Shown here: positions 51,610 to 62,154 of the stretch, in pieces | Layout of the letters: each line of letters begins with the position of its first letter | Numbering within the stretch: position 1 is the stretch's first letter | From: Planctomycetota bacterium | Lineage (GTDB): Bacteria; Planctomycetota; UBA1135; UBA2386 | NCBI GenBank assembly: GCA_965228735.1 | Contig: OZ245838.1 | Coordinates: 1,280,001-1,344,000, forward strand | Direction: 5' to 3' | Length of the DNA: 64,000 nucleotides | The notes under the pieces: generated by a model | The model's input: only the letters and a program-made list of their open reading frames with translations | The model's database searches: none | Told to the model about the DNA's origin: nothing | Program-made: the position numbers and the translations under genes

Positions 51610-52612
51610 TTCGGCCGCACCACTGCCGACGCTGCTCGTCGGCTGCGGCTTGATCGCCCGCGCCTACGTCGACGCGCTCGCGCGCACGCCGGAGCTGGAG
51701 CTCGTCGGCGTGATCGACCCCGACGCGGCAGCGCGCGCCCGCATCGCCAATGCGACCGATCCGGCCGTGCCGGCGTTCGCCGATCTCGACAGCGCGTTCG
51801 TCGCCGGCGTGGAGCCGCAGGCCGCGCTCGTCCTGACCCCACCGAACACGCACGAGGCGATCGCGACCGACCTCCTCGGCCGCGGCCTGCACGTGCTGTG
51901 CGAGAAGCCGCTCGCGCCCACGCTCGCCGCCGCCGGCCGCATGATCGCCGCCGCGCGAGCCGCCGACCGTCGCCTCATGATGGGCAGCAAGTTCCGCTAC
52001 ACCGCCGATGTGCTCGCGGCGCGGCGGCTGCTCGACGACGACTACTGCGGCGACATCGTGCTCTACGAGAACGTGTTCTGCGCGCCCGTCGACATGGCCG
52101 ACCGCTGGAACGCCCACCCGCGAACGAGCGGTGGCGGCGTGCTCATCGACAATGGCTGCCACTCGGTCGACGTCGCGCGCTACCTCCTCGGTCCGATCGC
52201 GCGGGTCCAGGCGCAGTTCGGCCGCGTCACGCAGGACATCATGGTCGAGGACACCGCGCGGCTGCTGTTCGAGAGCAAGAGCGGCGCGCTCGGCTCGATC
52301 GACCTGTCGTGGAGCGTGCACAAGGCGACGGCGGCCTACGTTCGGATCCACGGCACCCGCGGCACGATCGAGATCGGCTGGCAGGAGTCGCGCTGCCAGG
52401 AGGTGCAGAGCGCCGAATGGCATCGCTTCGGCGACGGCTACGACAAGGTCAGCGCATTCGCCGCCCAGCTCGGCGACTTCGCCACGGTCGCCCGCACGGG
52501 CGCCCCCGGCAACATCGACGACGACGACGCGCTCGCGTCCGTCGCCGTGATCGAACGCGCCTACGAGTCCCAGCGCGAAGAACGCTGGCTGCCGATCGAG
52601 GGCGACGCGTGA
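51602..52612 (+). CDS. Gfo/Idh/MocA oxidoreductase
   Basis: VGCGLI, HVLCEKP, GGGVLIDNGCH. Confidence 0.92.
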   Translation: MTDSAAPLPTLLVGCGLIARAYVDALARTPELELVGVIDPDAAARARIANATDPAVPAFADLDSAFVAGVEPQAALVLTPPNTHEAIATDLLGRGLHVLCEKPLAPTLAAAGRMIAAARAADRRLMMGSKFRYTADVLAARRLLDDDYCGDIVLYENVFCAPVDMADRWNAHPRTSGGGVLIDNGCHSVDVARYLLGPIARVQAQFGRVTQDIMVEDTARLLFESKSGALGSIDLSWSVHKATAAYVRIHGTRGTIEIGWQESRCQEVQSAEWHRFGDGYDKVSAFAAQLGDFATVARTGAPGNIDDDDALASVAVIERAYESQREERWLPIEGDA

Positions 52613-53202
52613 GCGGCCCCCGCATTCATCCGACGGCGATCGTCGAGGACGACGTCACGATCGGGGACGGCACCGCGATCTGGGACCACGCCCACCTGCG
52701 AGAGGGCGCCGTCGTCGGCCGCGACTGCATCATCGGCGAGAAGACCTGCATCGCGGGCGGCGCCCGCATCGGTGATCTCTGCAAGCTCAACACGGCGGTC
52801 TACGTCTGCGCCGGCGTCACGATCGCGGACGGCGTCATGGTCGCCGCGCACGTGGTGTTCACCAACGAGCTCGCACCGCGCGCGACCGATCCGGAGGTGC
52901 AGTCGCTGCGCGAAAGCTCCGCCACGGCCCGCACGCTCACGACGACGGTCGAACGCGGCGCGACCATCGGCGCCAACGCGACGATCGGCCCCGGGCTCAC
53001 GATCGGAGCGTGGTGCATGGTCGGCATGGGCAGCGTCGTGACCCGCGACGTCCCGCCCCACACCCTCGTCGCCGGTAACCCGGCAACGGTCCGCGGCATC
53101 GTGTGCCGCTGCGGCGAGGTGCTGGCGCGCGGCGCGGCCGACGACCTGCGCGCCGGGAACCACCGGTGCGCCTGCGGCCTCGAGATCAGCTGGCAGCCGT
53201 GA
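52609..53202 (+). CDS. Hexapeptide-repeat sugar N-acetyltransferase
   Basis: IHPTAIVE...VFTNE..PRA...GATIGANATI...GNPA. Confidence 0.9.
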   Translation: MSGPRIHPTAIVEDDVTIGDGTAIWDHAHLREGAVVGRDCIIGEKTCIAGGARIGDLCKLNTAVYVCAGVTIADGVMVAAHVVFTNELAPRATDPEVQSLRESSATARTLTTTVERGATIGANATIGPGLTIGAWCMVGMGSVVTRDVPPHTLVAGNPATVRGIVCRCGEVLARGAADDLRAGNHRCACGLEISWQP

Positions 53203-53250
53203 TTCCGCGCGCCTTGGCGCCGGCCGCCGCGGCCGCCCCGGCGGCCGCTC

Positions 53251-55527
53251 TCATTGGTCGAACTCTTCGGGCAGGCAGTAGTTCCACTTGATCCAACGGT
53301 TCATCGTCGCCGGACTCCCGAGCAGATGACCGCCGTACTCGAGCGCCTTCGCCCGTTTGGCGCTGTCGTTCGTCATCGCCGCCAGATGATAGAGGCCGAC
53401 GGTGAGGAACGTGTGCACGCCGCCGAGCGGGTTGCTGCCCCACCGCACGCCGACGCCCGCGGTCAGATCCCAATGGTTGGCCGGGATCGGGTTGTGATTG
53501 TGGGTCACGGGCACGTAGTAGCGCAGACCGTTCTCCACGAGACCGAAGTTGGGGTCGTTGAAGTTGCGGACCCACGAGTAGTCCAGGGTCACGAGGACGT
53601 CTTCGGCGATCTCGAGCAGCTTCGGTTCGCCCCAGATCTTGTAGGCACCGAGGAAGCCGTAGAGCACCGCGCCGTGTTGCCACGGCATGAAGTACTCGTG
53701 GTCGAGCGGGAACTTCGTGCCCGGGTAGTTCGGCTGGAACTTCATCGCGCGGCTCTCGTGCGACAAGTTGCGTCCCGGCTCGATCACCTCGTTCACGCGG
53801 CGCATCGCGTAGACCCTGATGTCCTCGTCCTGGGTGACCTGATACGTCTGCGCGAACGCCTGCATGCACCAACCCTCGGCGCGCGCGGCCTGCACGTTGG
53901 CCGTGCCGTAGTCGCGCAGGCGCATGAGCCCCTTGAGGCACTCGCCGAGGAGACGGATCTCCTCCTTCGCCCACTCGTCGCCGCTGATGCACCAGTAGTC
54001 GAACAGCAGATCGATCGCGAAGTGCTCGTGGTCGTACTGATACCACCCGTGCGCGCGCGACGAGCCGTTGCGGTTCGTCCGGTAGCCCGGGTATGGGTCG
54101 CTGGCGACGATCGCGCGACGGCCGCGCGATTCGTGCGACAGGTCGCGAGAACCGGGATACACGGGCGGGCTGTCCCACAGCAGGATGCGTTCTTCCGCGC
54201 CGACCGTGAGCCCCCAGTAGTGATAGGGTCGCACGGCCTGGATCCAGGCCATGCCCTCGAGCTTCTGCAAGAGCCGCGGGTAGTTGCCCTGGATCGCGTG
54301 CGCGAGCTCGGGGCTCAGCGGATGGTTGCGCGGCGTGCCCGTGGTCGCGGTGACCGGCAGATCGCCGTGCGAACCCCAGGTGCCGAAATGGCTGTCGCCG
54401 ATCCAGCCCTGATACTCGGCGACCGCCTGACCCGTGGCATCCGACGGGCCATCGACCGGTCCGCCGAGCAGCCCCGCGGCCGCGGTCTCCTTCCAGGTCT
54501 GGTGCGTCGCGAGCGGGAAGATCGGGTGCTCGAGCATCGCCGTCGCGACGTTCTGCCACTGCGCGACCTGCGCGCCGCTCGCGCTGCCCGGTTCGAACCG
54601 CAGCAGGAAGCGGTAGCGCCGCGTCTGGCAGTCGTCGATGAACGTGTCCGTCATCACCTGCACCGCCGAGTAGCCGTCGTGGGTGAAGACCGTGCCCATG
54701 CCCTCCTCGTCGGGCATGTAGCGCATGAGACCGTCATGACCCTTGGCCAAGAACAGCGCCTTCTTGACGTCGACCGGACCGAGCGGGAACAGGTTGGGAT
54801 CCGTGCTGCTGCCCGGGTCGTCGACGCCGAGGTAGTCGTTGCCGATCACCCAATCGACGACGACGAACGGCATGTCCCGGAACTCGGTCGTGTAGAACAC
54901 CGACGTCAGGTAGTCACGCCCGATGCCGGGCGGGCCGAGCGCCTCGTGATACGTGCGCCAACGCTGCACGCGCACGAGCGGCGATTCCTGCAGCGTCTCG
55001 CCCGCCCCGGTGGCGACGCCGCGATAATCGACACCGAACGTGTCCTCGACCTCGGCGGCGAGCTGCAGCCCGGCGCCCGCACTCCGGACCCATTCGTTCT
55101 GCGTGAACGGCCCGACCATCGCGGTCTCGTCGCGCGTGACCTCGTAGGTCTTCTGCTCGTTCGGCGCCAGCGTGTCGGTGAACTGCGCCTGCGCCATCTT
55201 GATCGTGCCGTCGGGCCAGAGCTGCATGGGCAGCCACGCCGTATGAAACCCGCTGACGATCAGGTTGGCCGTGGTCAGATAACCACCCTGCGGGAACGGC
55301 ACCGTGGCGCGGATGGTCTCGGTGCGTTCGGTCGAGCTGTCGTTGTGAACCTCGAACCTCAGCTCGACCTCGAGCGGATTGCCGGACCCGTTGGAGCCGC
55401 TGTTGCCGCCACCGCCGCCGCTCCCGCCGACACCGTCCTCGCCGACCGAGCACCCGGCCAGCAACGCCAGCGCGCACGCCGCGATCCGTCGAAACCCGAA
55501 GCGAATAGAATGACGCCCGTCGCTCAT
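53251..55527 (-). CDS. Large lipoprotein, possibly carbohydrate-active
   Basis: LLAGC lipobox, Gly linker, ATVPFPQG N-domain, Trp/Tyr/His-rich helical C-domain. Confidence 0.7.
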   Translation of the reverse strand: MSDGRHSIRFGFRRIAACALALLAGCSVGEDGVGGSGGGGGNSGSNGSGNPLEVELRFEVHNDSSTERTETIRATVPFPQGGYLTTANLIVSGFHTAWLPMQLWPDGTIKMAQAQFTDTLAPNEQKTYEVTRDETAMVGPFTQNEWVRSAGAGLQLAAEVEDTFGVDYRGVATGAGETLQESPLVRVQRWRTYHEALGPPGIGRDYLTSVFYTTEFRDMPFVVVDWVIGNDYLGVDDPGSSTDPNLFPLGPVDVKKALFLAKGHDGLMRYMPDEEGMGTVFTHDGYSAVQVMTDTFIDDCQTRRYRFLLRFEPGSASGAQVAQWQNVATAMLEHPIFPLATHQTWKETAAAGLLGGPVDGPSDATGQAVAEYQGWIGDSHFGTWGSHGDLPVTATTGTPRNHPLSPELAHAIQGNYPRLLQKLEGMAWIQAVRPYHYWGLTVGAEERILLWDSPPVYPGSRDLSHESRGRRAIVASDPYPGYRTNRNGSSRAHGWYQYDHEHFAIDLLFDYWCISGDEWAKEEIRLLGECLKGLMRLRDYGTANVQAARAEGWCMQAFAQTYQVTQDEDIRVYAMRRVNEVIEPGRNLSHESRAMKFQPNYPGTKFPLDHEYFMPWQHGAVLYGFLGAYKIWGEPKLLEIAEDVLVTLDYSWVRNFNDPNFGLVENGLRYYVPVTHNHNPIPANHWDLTAGVGVRWGSNPLGGVHTFLTVGLYHLAAMTNDSAKRAKALEYGGHLLGSPATMNRWIKWNYCLPEEFDQ

Positions 55528-55706
55528 GACTGTCCCCTCGGCGCGCGCGGCAGCAAGCCGTGCTGCGTCCATCGAACGGAATCGACAGTCGCAGGGGCCG
55601 GTCTGAACGTGAGACCCCCGCCAGTCTCAATCCGAGCTTGTCGGCCGCGCCTGCACGGCTAGCGTGGCGCTCTACGGGTCCGCGGCAACGGCGGGTCCGC
55701 CCCCAC

Positions 55707-55795
55707 GCGAGAGTGGCGGAATTGGCAGACGCACGGGCTTTAGGTGCCCGCGGGCATCACAGCCCATGAGGGTTCGAGTCCCTCCTCTCGCACCA
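55707..55795 (+). tRNA. tRNA-Leu(TAG)
   Basis: GCGAGAG/CTCTCGC acceptor stem, CGGGC-TTTAGGT-GCCCG anticodon arm, long variable arm, CCA. Confidence 0.97.
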
Positions 55796-55879
55796 TTCAC
55801 TCGAAGTCCGTGGCGGTGAGCGCAAGCTGCGCTGATCGCCGACGTTGAGCACGAGCCCGGCCAGCCGGTGGCCTGGGAA

Positions 55880-55900
55880 TCCTGACAGTCACTGTCAGGA
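55880..55900. promoter_or_regulatory. 21-bp palindrome between tRNA and integrase
   Basis: TCCTGACAGT-C-ACTGTCAGGA. Confidence 0.55.
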
Positions 55901-56039
55901 ACCCCACCACCAAGCACGGCGAGGTTCGAGAATGGAGATCAGCACGACGACCGGCGCGGCGCGCCCAACCCGGTCCCAGCGCGAACGGCGAACGAGCGGC
56001 GACCGCTCGTCGCCGCTCGGTGCGCTGCACTGCACGGGC

Positions 56040-57221
56040 ATGACGCGCAGCGCGAAGAACAAGAGGCAGCAGAGGCTTCCAAAGATGGGCCGCCACAGCA
56101 GCGGACAGGCCCGCATCACCCTGAACGGCAAGGTGCACTACCTGGGCCTCTACGGCAGCCCGGAGGCCCACCAACGCTACGCCGAGCTGATCCAGCGGTG
56201 GCTCGACGGCGGCCGCCGTCCGCTTCACGCCCTGCCCCATCCGGGGCAGGTCACGTTGACCGTGCGCGAGCTGTTCGAGCACTACCGCGCCTGGATCGTC
56301 TCCACCGGTCGCTACACGAAGAACGGCGTGGTCACGCCGCAGCGCGGCCTGATCGAGCGGTCGCTCACCGAGTTCGAGCAGTTCGCCGGCAACCTGCGGG
56401 TAACCCAGCTCTCCGAAGCCGTGATCGTGCAGTGGCGTGACCGCATCGAGCTCAACCGGAAGCTGACGCGCGGTGGCGTCAACCGCAAGGTGCAGATGCT
56501 GCTCGGTGCGCTTCGGTGGGGAAAGACCCGCGGACTGCTGCCGAAGACGGCCTGGGCCGACTGCCGCGATATCGAACCCCTGAAGAAGGGCGAATGCGGC
56601 AACCGCCGCGAACGCCTGCGCGACCGGCGCGCGGTCACCCTCGATGAGGTCGAGAAGGTCGCGGCGGCCTGCTCGTGCCGCCACGTCGCGGCGATGCTGC
56701 GCGTCCAGGCCCTGGTCGGGTGCCGCCCCGGCGAGGTCGCGGCCATGCGCTGGGTGGACATCGACAAGACCCCGGTCGTCGTCGACGGCGTGACCCTCTG
56801 GACCTACCGGGTCGCCGAGGCGGCGGCGAAGACCGCGCACCACGGCCGGTCGATCAGCTACCCGATCCCGCCGAGGGTGCAGGCGATCCTCGCCGAGTTT
56901 TCGGCGTTCCCTAACGCGCTGATCTTCTCGCCGGCGCAGTCCATGGCGGAGCGCGGGCGATCGCGGAAGAGCGCGCCGGCGTTCGGCCACATGTGGACCG
57001 CGCGGGCCTACCGCAACGCCGTCGTGCGGGCCTGCGCCGCGGCCGGCGTGGCCTACTTCACCCCACACGAGGTCCGCCACGGTGCGATCACGCGCGCTGC
57101 CGAACAGCACGGCGTGCTGGCCGCGCAGCGGCTCGCCAACCACAGCAGCGCCGCGACGACGGCGCGCTACCTGCACACCACCGACGACGACGCCTACCGG
57201 GTGGCGGCGCGGATCGGGTAG
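56040..57221 (+). CDS. Tyrosine integrase
   Basis: HSSGQARITLNGKVHYLG arm domain; GCRPGE, HEVRH, LANH...TARY; start uncertain (55932 possible). Confidence 0.93.
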   Translation: MTRSAKNKRQQRLPKMGRHSSGQARITLNGKVHYLGLYGSPEAHQRYAELIQRWLDGGRRPLHALPHPGQVTLTVRELFEHYRAWIVSTGRYTKNGVVTPQRGLIERSLTEFEQFAGNLRVTQLSEAVIVQWRDRIELNRKLTRGGVNRKVQMLLGALRWGKTRGLLPKTAWADCRDIEPLKKGECGNRRERLRDRRAVTLDEVEKVAAACSCRHVAAMLRVQALVGCRPGEVAAMRWVDIDKTPVVVDGVTLWTYRVAEAAAKTAHHGRSISYPIPPRVQAILAEFSAFPNALIFSPAQSMAERGRSRKSAPAFGHMWTARAYRNAVVRACAAAGVAYFTPHEVRHGAITRAAEQHGVLAAQRLANHSSAATTARYLHTTDDDAYRVAARIG

Positions 57222-57322
57222 AACACCACTCGGGGCAACGGCGCGCCTCATGAACGTGCCGGGCCGTGCTCGCCTGCGCGGCCGCCCCTGTTTCTCCAGC
57301 AGGCGAACCGATCGAGGCGACG

Positions 57323-58086
57323 ATGGTCAAGAAGACGGACAGCCCGCTCGACTGGGACTCGTGGCAGGCCGAGTTCAGCGAGGCAGCGCGCGCTTGGGAG
57401 CGGCTCGTCCCCGGCAGCACGCACGTAGGAGTGCTCGACGGCACGATCTACCTCGTGCGCGGCCCCGCCGGCACCAGCGAGGAGATGGCGGCCCTGGGCT
57501 GGGAATACTCTGCGGACGGCGTCCGGTCGATGCATCCGACGCCGAACAAGAAGTCGGCTCTGGCGAAGGCGAATCGCCGACTTCTGACCATCAGCAAACG
57601 CCTGCCCTGCCTGGACGGCGTCGTCGATCCGCGGCTCGTGGCGCGCCTCCAGCACGTGATAAGCGCCCTGGTCGTCCAGCTCGATGGGCAGCCCGACCCT
57701 CCCACACAGCAACAGCGGGACGCAGTGCGAAAGGTCGACGATCGCCTCCTCGATATCCGAAGTGCCGCCGCCCGCGACCGCGCCATCGCGGCAGAGGCCG
57801 AGCGCAAGCTCGCAGACGAGCGTCGGCAAGCCCGGCTCCTCGCGGAGGAGCTGCACCGGCTGCAGGGCGGCCCCAGCGACACCTCCACAGAGGCCGAGCT
57901 CGCGCTGCAGGAGCGGCACGCCCGGCAACTCCGGGCCGCGGACACCGCATTCGGTCGCGAGGCGCTCCAGCTCCTCGCCGCAACGCACGAGCGTGGCCCC
58001 GGCGCGTGGCGACAGCTCTCGGCCTTCAACGGATGCGGCGGTCAGAAGTGGGACGGGAACGCGCCGGTCAAGAAGTGCGGCAAAGG
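57323..58086 (+). pseudogene. Hypothetical gene apparently truncated by a deletion junction (frame reads on to 58297)
   Basis: After 58086 the frame reads the antisense strand of hsdR. Confidence 0.5.
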
Positions 58087-60682
58087 CTTGGACAGGTCGA
58101 GCGGCGGCGGCCCCTTCTCGCGCACCTCGATGCCGAGGATCGACTCGTCCAGCAGCTCGCCGATGCCGGCGAGCACGGCCGAGATGTCGGCCTTCTCGGG
58201 GTTGAGCTGGTTGCGGATCTCTCCGGCGATCGTGCCGATGCACGCTACCCGCCCGCTGAACTCCAGCGCTGCCGGGTCCGGCTTGATCGCCGCGTAGAGG
58301 GTGCGCACGACGCGGTCGTGGGCGAAGAAGTCGCGTCGCACCTCGTCCGGGCCGATCAGCGCGTTCACCGCGTCGCCAATCGCGGCGAGCCGGTCCATGC
58401 CGCTCGCCGGCAGGCCTTCGATGTCCGCCAGCTTCACGCCGTGCTCGCCGCAGAACGTCGTGGCCTCGCCGAGCGCCTGGCGCAGCTCGTCGACGAGCTT
58501 CTGCTTGTCCTTGACCGGGTTCTTGCCGCCGCGACCCGCGCCGTAGATGGCCAGCGCCTGCTCCAGCGACGCGAAGACGTTGGCGTAGTCGACGATCACG
58601 CCGCTGTGCTTGCCCGGGAACACGCGGTTGGCCCGCGCGATGGTCTGCATGAGCGTGTGGTTGCGCATCGGCTTGTCGAGGTAGACCGTCGAGCAGCTCG
58701 GCGCGTCGAACCCGGTCAGCCACATCGCGCAGACGAACACGAGCCGCAGCGGGTCGTCGGTGTCCTTGAACTTCTCGTCGAGCCCCGGCTTGCTGTCGTT
58801 CATGCGCCGCCGGTGCGGCTCGATGTCGATGCCGAGCTGCTGCATCTCGGTGATCTCGTTCTGCGCCGCCGACACGATCACCGCCATGTCGGTGGTCCTG
58901 AGCACGTTCAGCCGCCGCTCCAGCTCCGCCTTCTGGTCGCGGTTCTCGAATGATGTCGGCCCCAGCTTGGCAAGCTCCCGCTCGGCTCGCGCCGTCTCCG
59001 CCGCCCACTCGGCCCGAACCTTGTCGTGCATCCGCAGCGCGGTCGCCTTGTCGATCGACACGACCATCGCCTTGCCGACGAACCCCCGGCCCAGGAAGTG
59101 CCGCACGACATCCTTGGCGACGGTGTCCAACCGGTCGTCGCGGGTCAGGATGTGGTATTGCCGGCGCAGCTCCTGCTCCAGCTTGGCCTCCTGCTCGGGA
59201 TCGAGGCCTGCCGCCTCGATCACGGCATACATCTCGTCGTTGAGGTCCGGGTTGGCGAGCTGCAGCTCTGGGGTGCGGTTCTCGTAGAACAGCGGCACCG
59301 TCGCGCCGTCCTCGACCGACTGCTGGAAGTCGTAGATCGACACGTAGTCGCCGGAAGACATCCTTGGTGCGCTCCTCGCCGGCGATCAGCGGCGTGCCGG
59401 TGAACGCCAGGAACGTCGCTTTCGGCAGCGCCGCGCGCATGTTGACCGCCAGCGTATCGTATTGGCTGCGGTGCGCCTCGTCGGTCAGCACGATCACGTC
59501 GGTCCGGTCGCACAGCCGCTCGCTCGTCTGGAACTTGTGGACCAGCGTGAACACGTAGCGGTGGTTCTCCGACAGCAGCTTGCGCAAGTGCGCGCCGCTC
59601 TCCGCGTGGCACTCGTCGCCCTCGGTCTCGGACACCGCACCCACCGCCTTGAACGTCTTGGCGATCTGGTCGTCGAGTTCGACGCGGTCGGTCACGATCA
59701 CGAACGACCAGTTGCCGGTGAGCTTGCGCAGCACCTTCTGCGCGAAGAACACCATCGAGAAGCTCTTGCCGCTGCCCTGGGTCTGCCAGAAGACGCCGCC
59801 GCGGCCGTGGCCGAGCTTCTGCGCCTCCTGCATCGAGGCGATCGCGTTGTTGACGCCGAGGAACTGGTGGTTCTGGCCGAGGATCTTGACGAGCCCGGCC
59901 TTGTGCTCGCTGAACAGCGTGAAGTTCTCGACGAGGTCGAACAGCCGCGCCTTGTCGCAGGTGCCGCGCAGCATGACCTCCAGCGACACCCGCCGCGGCT
60001 CGTCTTCGCGCTCGACGCGCTTCCACTCGAAGAACCGGTCCCAGTCGGCGGTCAGGGAGCCGACGCGGCTGTCCGTGCCGTTGCTGGCGATCAGTAGCGC
60101 GTTGCAGGAGAACAGCGCCGGGACCTGCTGCTTGTAGTGGGTCAGGTTCTCGTCGAACGCCGCGCGCGCCGGCACGCCCGGCTTCTTTAGCTCGATGACG
60201 ACCCAGGGCAGGCCGTTGACGAAGCCGACGAGGTCGGGGCGGCAGGTGTAGAGCGGGCCGGTCACGCTGAGCTGGCTGACCAGCAGGAAGTCGTTGTTGG
60301 TCGGGTCGGCCCAGTCGACGACGCGGACGCGCTCGGCCTTCTGGCCGCCGTGCTCGGTGTCGGGGACGGAGACCTGGATGCCGCCCTTGAGGTGTCGGTA
60401 GACCTCGCGGTTGGCGGCCTCCAGGCTCATCGCCGAGCGGTCGTGGGCCAACTCGTCGATCGCGGTGGTGATGGCCTCGGATGGCAGCGTCGGGTTGAGC
60501 TTGGTCAGGGCGGCGCGCAGGTTGCGCACCAGCACGACCTCGCCCTTGGTCTCGCGCCCGAGCGTGCCGTCCGGGCCGAAGGTCTCCTCCATCGCGGAGA
60601 CCGTGGCCCAGCCGAGACCGGCGAACAACGCGATCGCGGGCTGCTCGACGAGTTGGTCCTCGGAGTAGGCGTGCGGGCTCAT
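58087..60682 (-). pseudogene. hsdR: Type I restriction subunit R, frameshifted (~59353) and 3'-truncated
   Basis: PDLVGFVNGLP..IELK, QTQGSGKS, DEAHRSQY, FTGTP; continues in another frame with [27 protein letters not shown]; ends at PLDLSK. Confidence 0.9.
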
Positions 60683-60790
60683 GGTTCAGGCCGCGCCGAC
60701 GTCGATCTGGCCGGAGAGTAGTCGTGGGAGCAGGAGGTCGCGTGTGCGGCGGAGGTTGGCAGCTTGGCAACGAAGCACTTCGGCCTTCGT

Positions 60791-62154
60791 GGGAGTGTGC
60801 GATGAACGGTGTATTCGCGTGACGGCTGGTGGGATCCTCTGACCCGTAGGGAGCCCACCGATGACCCCGAAGAAGAATGACCGCCACCGAATCCCGGACG
60901 AGCTGATCGACCAGCTCCTCGCCAACTACGAGAAGCCAGAAGACCTGACAGGAAAGGACGGCATCCTCAAGGAGCTGACGGCCCGGCTGCTCGGCCGAGC
61001 CCTCGAAGGCGAGATGACCGAGCACCTCGGCTACGAGAAGCACGCACCGCGTGCCGAGGGCACGAGCAACGCGCGCAACGGATCACGCAGCAAGACGATC
61101 AAGGTCGAGGACGGCGAGCTCGAGATCGAGGTGCCGCGCGATCGCGACAGCACGTTCGAGCCCGAGATCGTCAAGAAGCGCCAGAGACGCTTCGCGGGCT
61201 TCGACGAGAAGATCCTGGCGCTCTACGCCCGCGGCATGACCGTCCGCGACATCCAGGGCCACCTGGAGGAGCTGTACGGCGTCGAGGTCTCGCCATCGCT
61301 GATCTCGAGCGCCACGTCGGCGGTCCACGAAGACGTCCTGGCCTGGCAGAGCCGGCCGCTCGAGCCGGTCTACCCGATCGTCTTCCTCGATGCGCTCGTC
61401 GTGAAGGTGCGCGACGAAAGCGTCGTCCGAAACAAGTCGGTTTACCTGGCGATCGGCGTCACGCTCGACGGCCGCCGCGAAGTCCTCGGGATCTGGATCG
61501 AGCAGACGGAGGGCGCGAAGTTCTGGCTGAAGGTCATGAACGAGCTGAAGACGCGCGGCGTCCAGGACATCCTGATTGCGTGCTGCGATGGCCTGAAGGG
61601 CTTCCCGGACGCGATCGAGCACGTGTTCCCGCAGGCCACCGTGCAGACCTGCATCGTGCACATGATCCGGAACTCGCTGCGCTTCGTCAGCTACAAGGAT
61701 CGCAAGGCCGTCGCCAAGGACCTCAAGCCGATCTACACGGCCGCCAACCGCGAAGCGGCCGAGGCAGCGCTGGATGCCTTCGACAAGAAGTGGGGCCGCC
61801 GCTACGAGATGATCACCTCGTCCTGGCGAGCGAACTGGGAGCGTGTCGTGCCGTTCCTCGACTTCCCGCCCGAGGTCCGGCGCGTGATCTACACGACCAA
61901 CCAGATCGAGGCGCTCAACTCGAGCCTGCGCAAGCTGCTGCAGTACCGCGGCCACTTCCCGGACGACAAGTCCGTCACCAAGCTGCTCTACCTCGCGCTG
62001 CGTCGCTTCGAGAAGAAGTGGACGCGTGCGCTCTGGAATTGGAGCGCCGTCCTCGGGCAGCTCGCTATCTTCTTTCAAGGCAGGATACCTGCCCTGTAAC
62101 CGTGACCTCACTCCGCCAGCTGGTCGCCGTTTACACCGTTAGCTGCACACTCCC
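60791..62154 (+). mobile_element. Complete IS256-family element (1,364 bp)
   Basis: TIRs GGGAGTGTGC(GATG/AGCT)AACGGTGTA; 8-bp target duplication GCCTTCGT at 60783-60790 and 62155-62162. Confidence 0.96.
60861..62099 (+). CDS. IS256-family (Mutator) transposase
   Basis: VPRDR, LYARGM, VFLDA, DGLKG, QTCIVH, YTTNQIE. Confidence 0.96.
   Translation: MTPKKNDRHRIPDELIDQLLANYEKPEDLTGKDGILKELTARLLGRALEGEMTEHLGYEKHAPRAEGTSNARNGSRSKTIKVEDGELEIEVPRDRDSTFEPEIVKKRQRRFAGFDEKILALYARGMTVRDIQGHLEELYGVEVSPSLISSATSAVHEDVLAWQSRPLEPVYPIVFLDALVVKVRDESVVRNKSVYLAIGVTLDGRREVLGIWIEQTEGAKFWLKVMNELKTRGVQDILIACCDGLKGFPDAIEHVFPQATVQTCIVHMIRNSLRFVSYKDRKAVAKDLKPIYTAANREAAEAALDAFDKKWGRRYEMITSSWRANWERVVPFLDFPPEVRRVIYTTNQIEALNSSLRKLLQYRGHFPDDKSVTKLLYLALRRFEKKWTRALWNWSAVLGQLAIFFQGRIPAL

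Noticed and set aside
57248..60682. Intact 1144-aa HsdR
   Set aside because: Similarity leaves this frame near 59353; the rest is Arg-rich out-of-frame sequence
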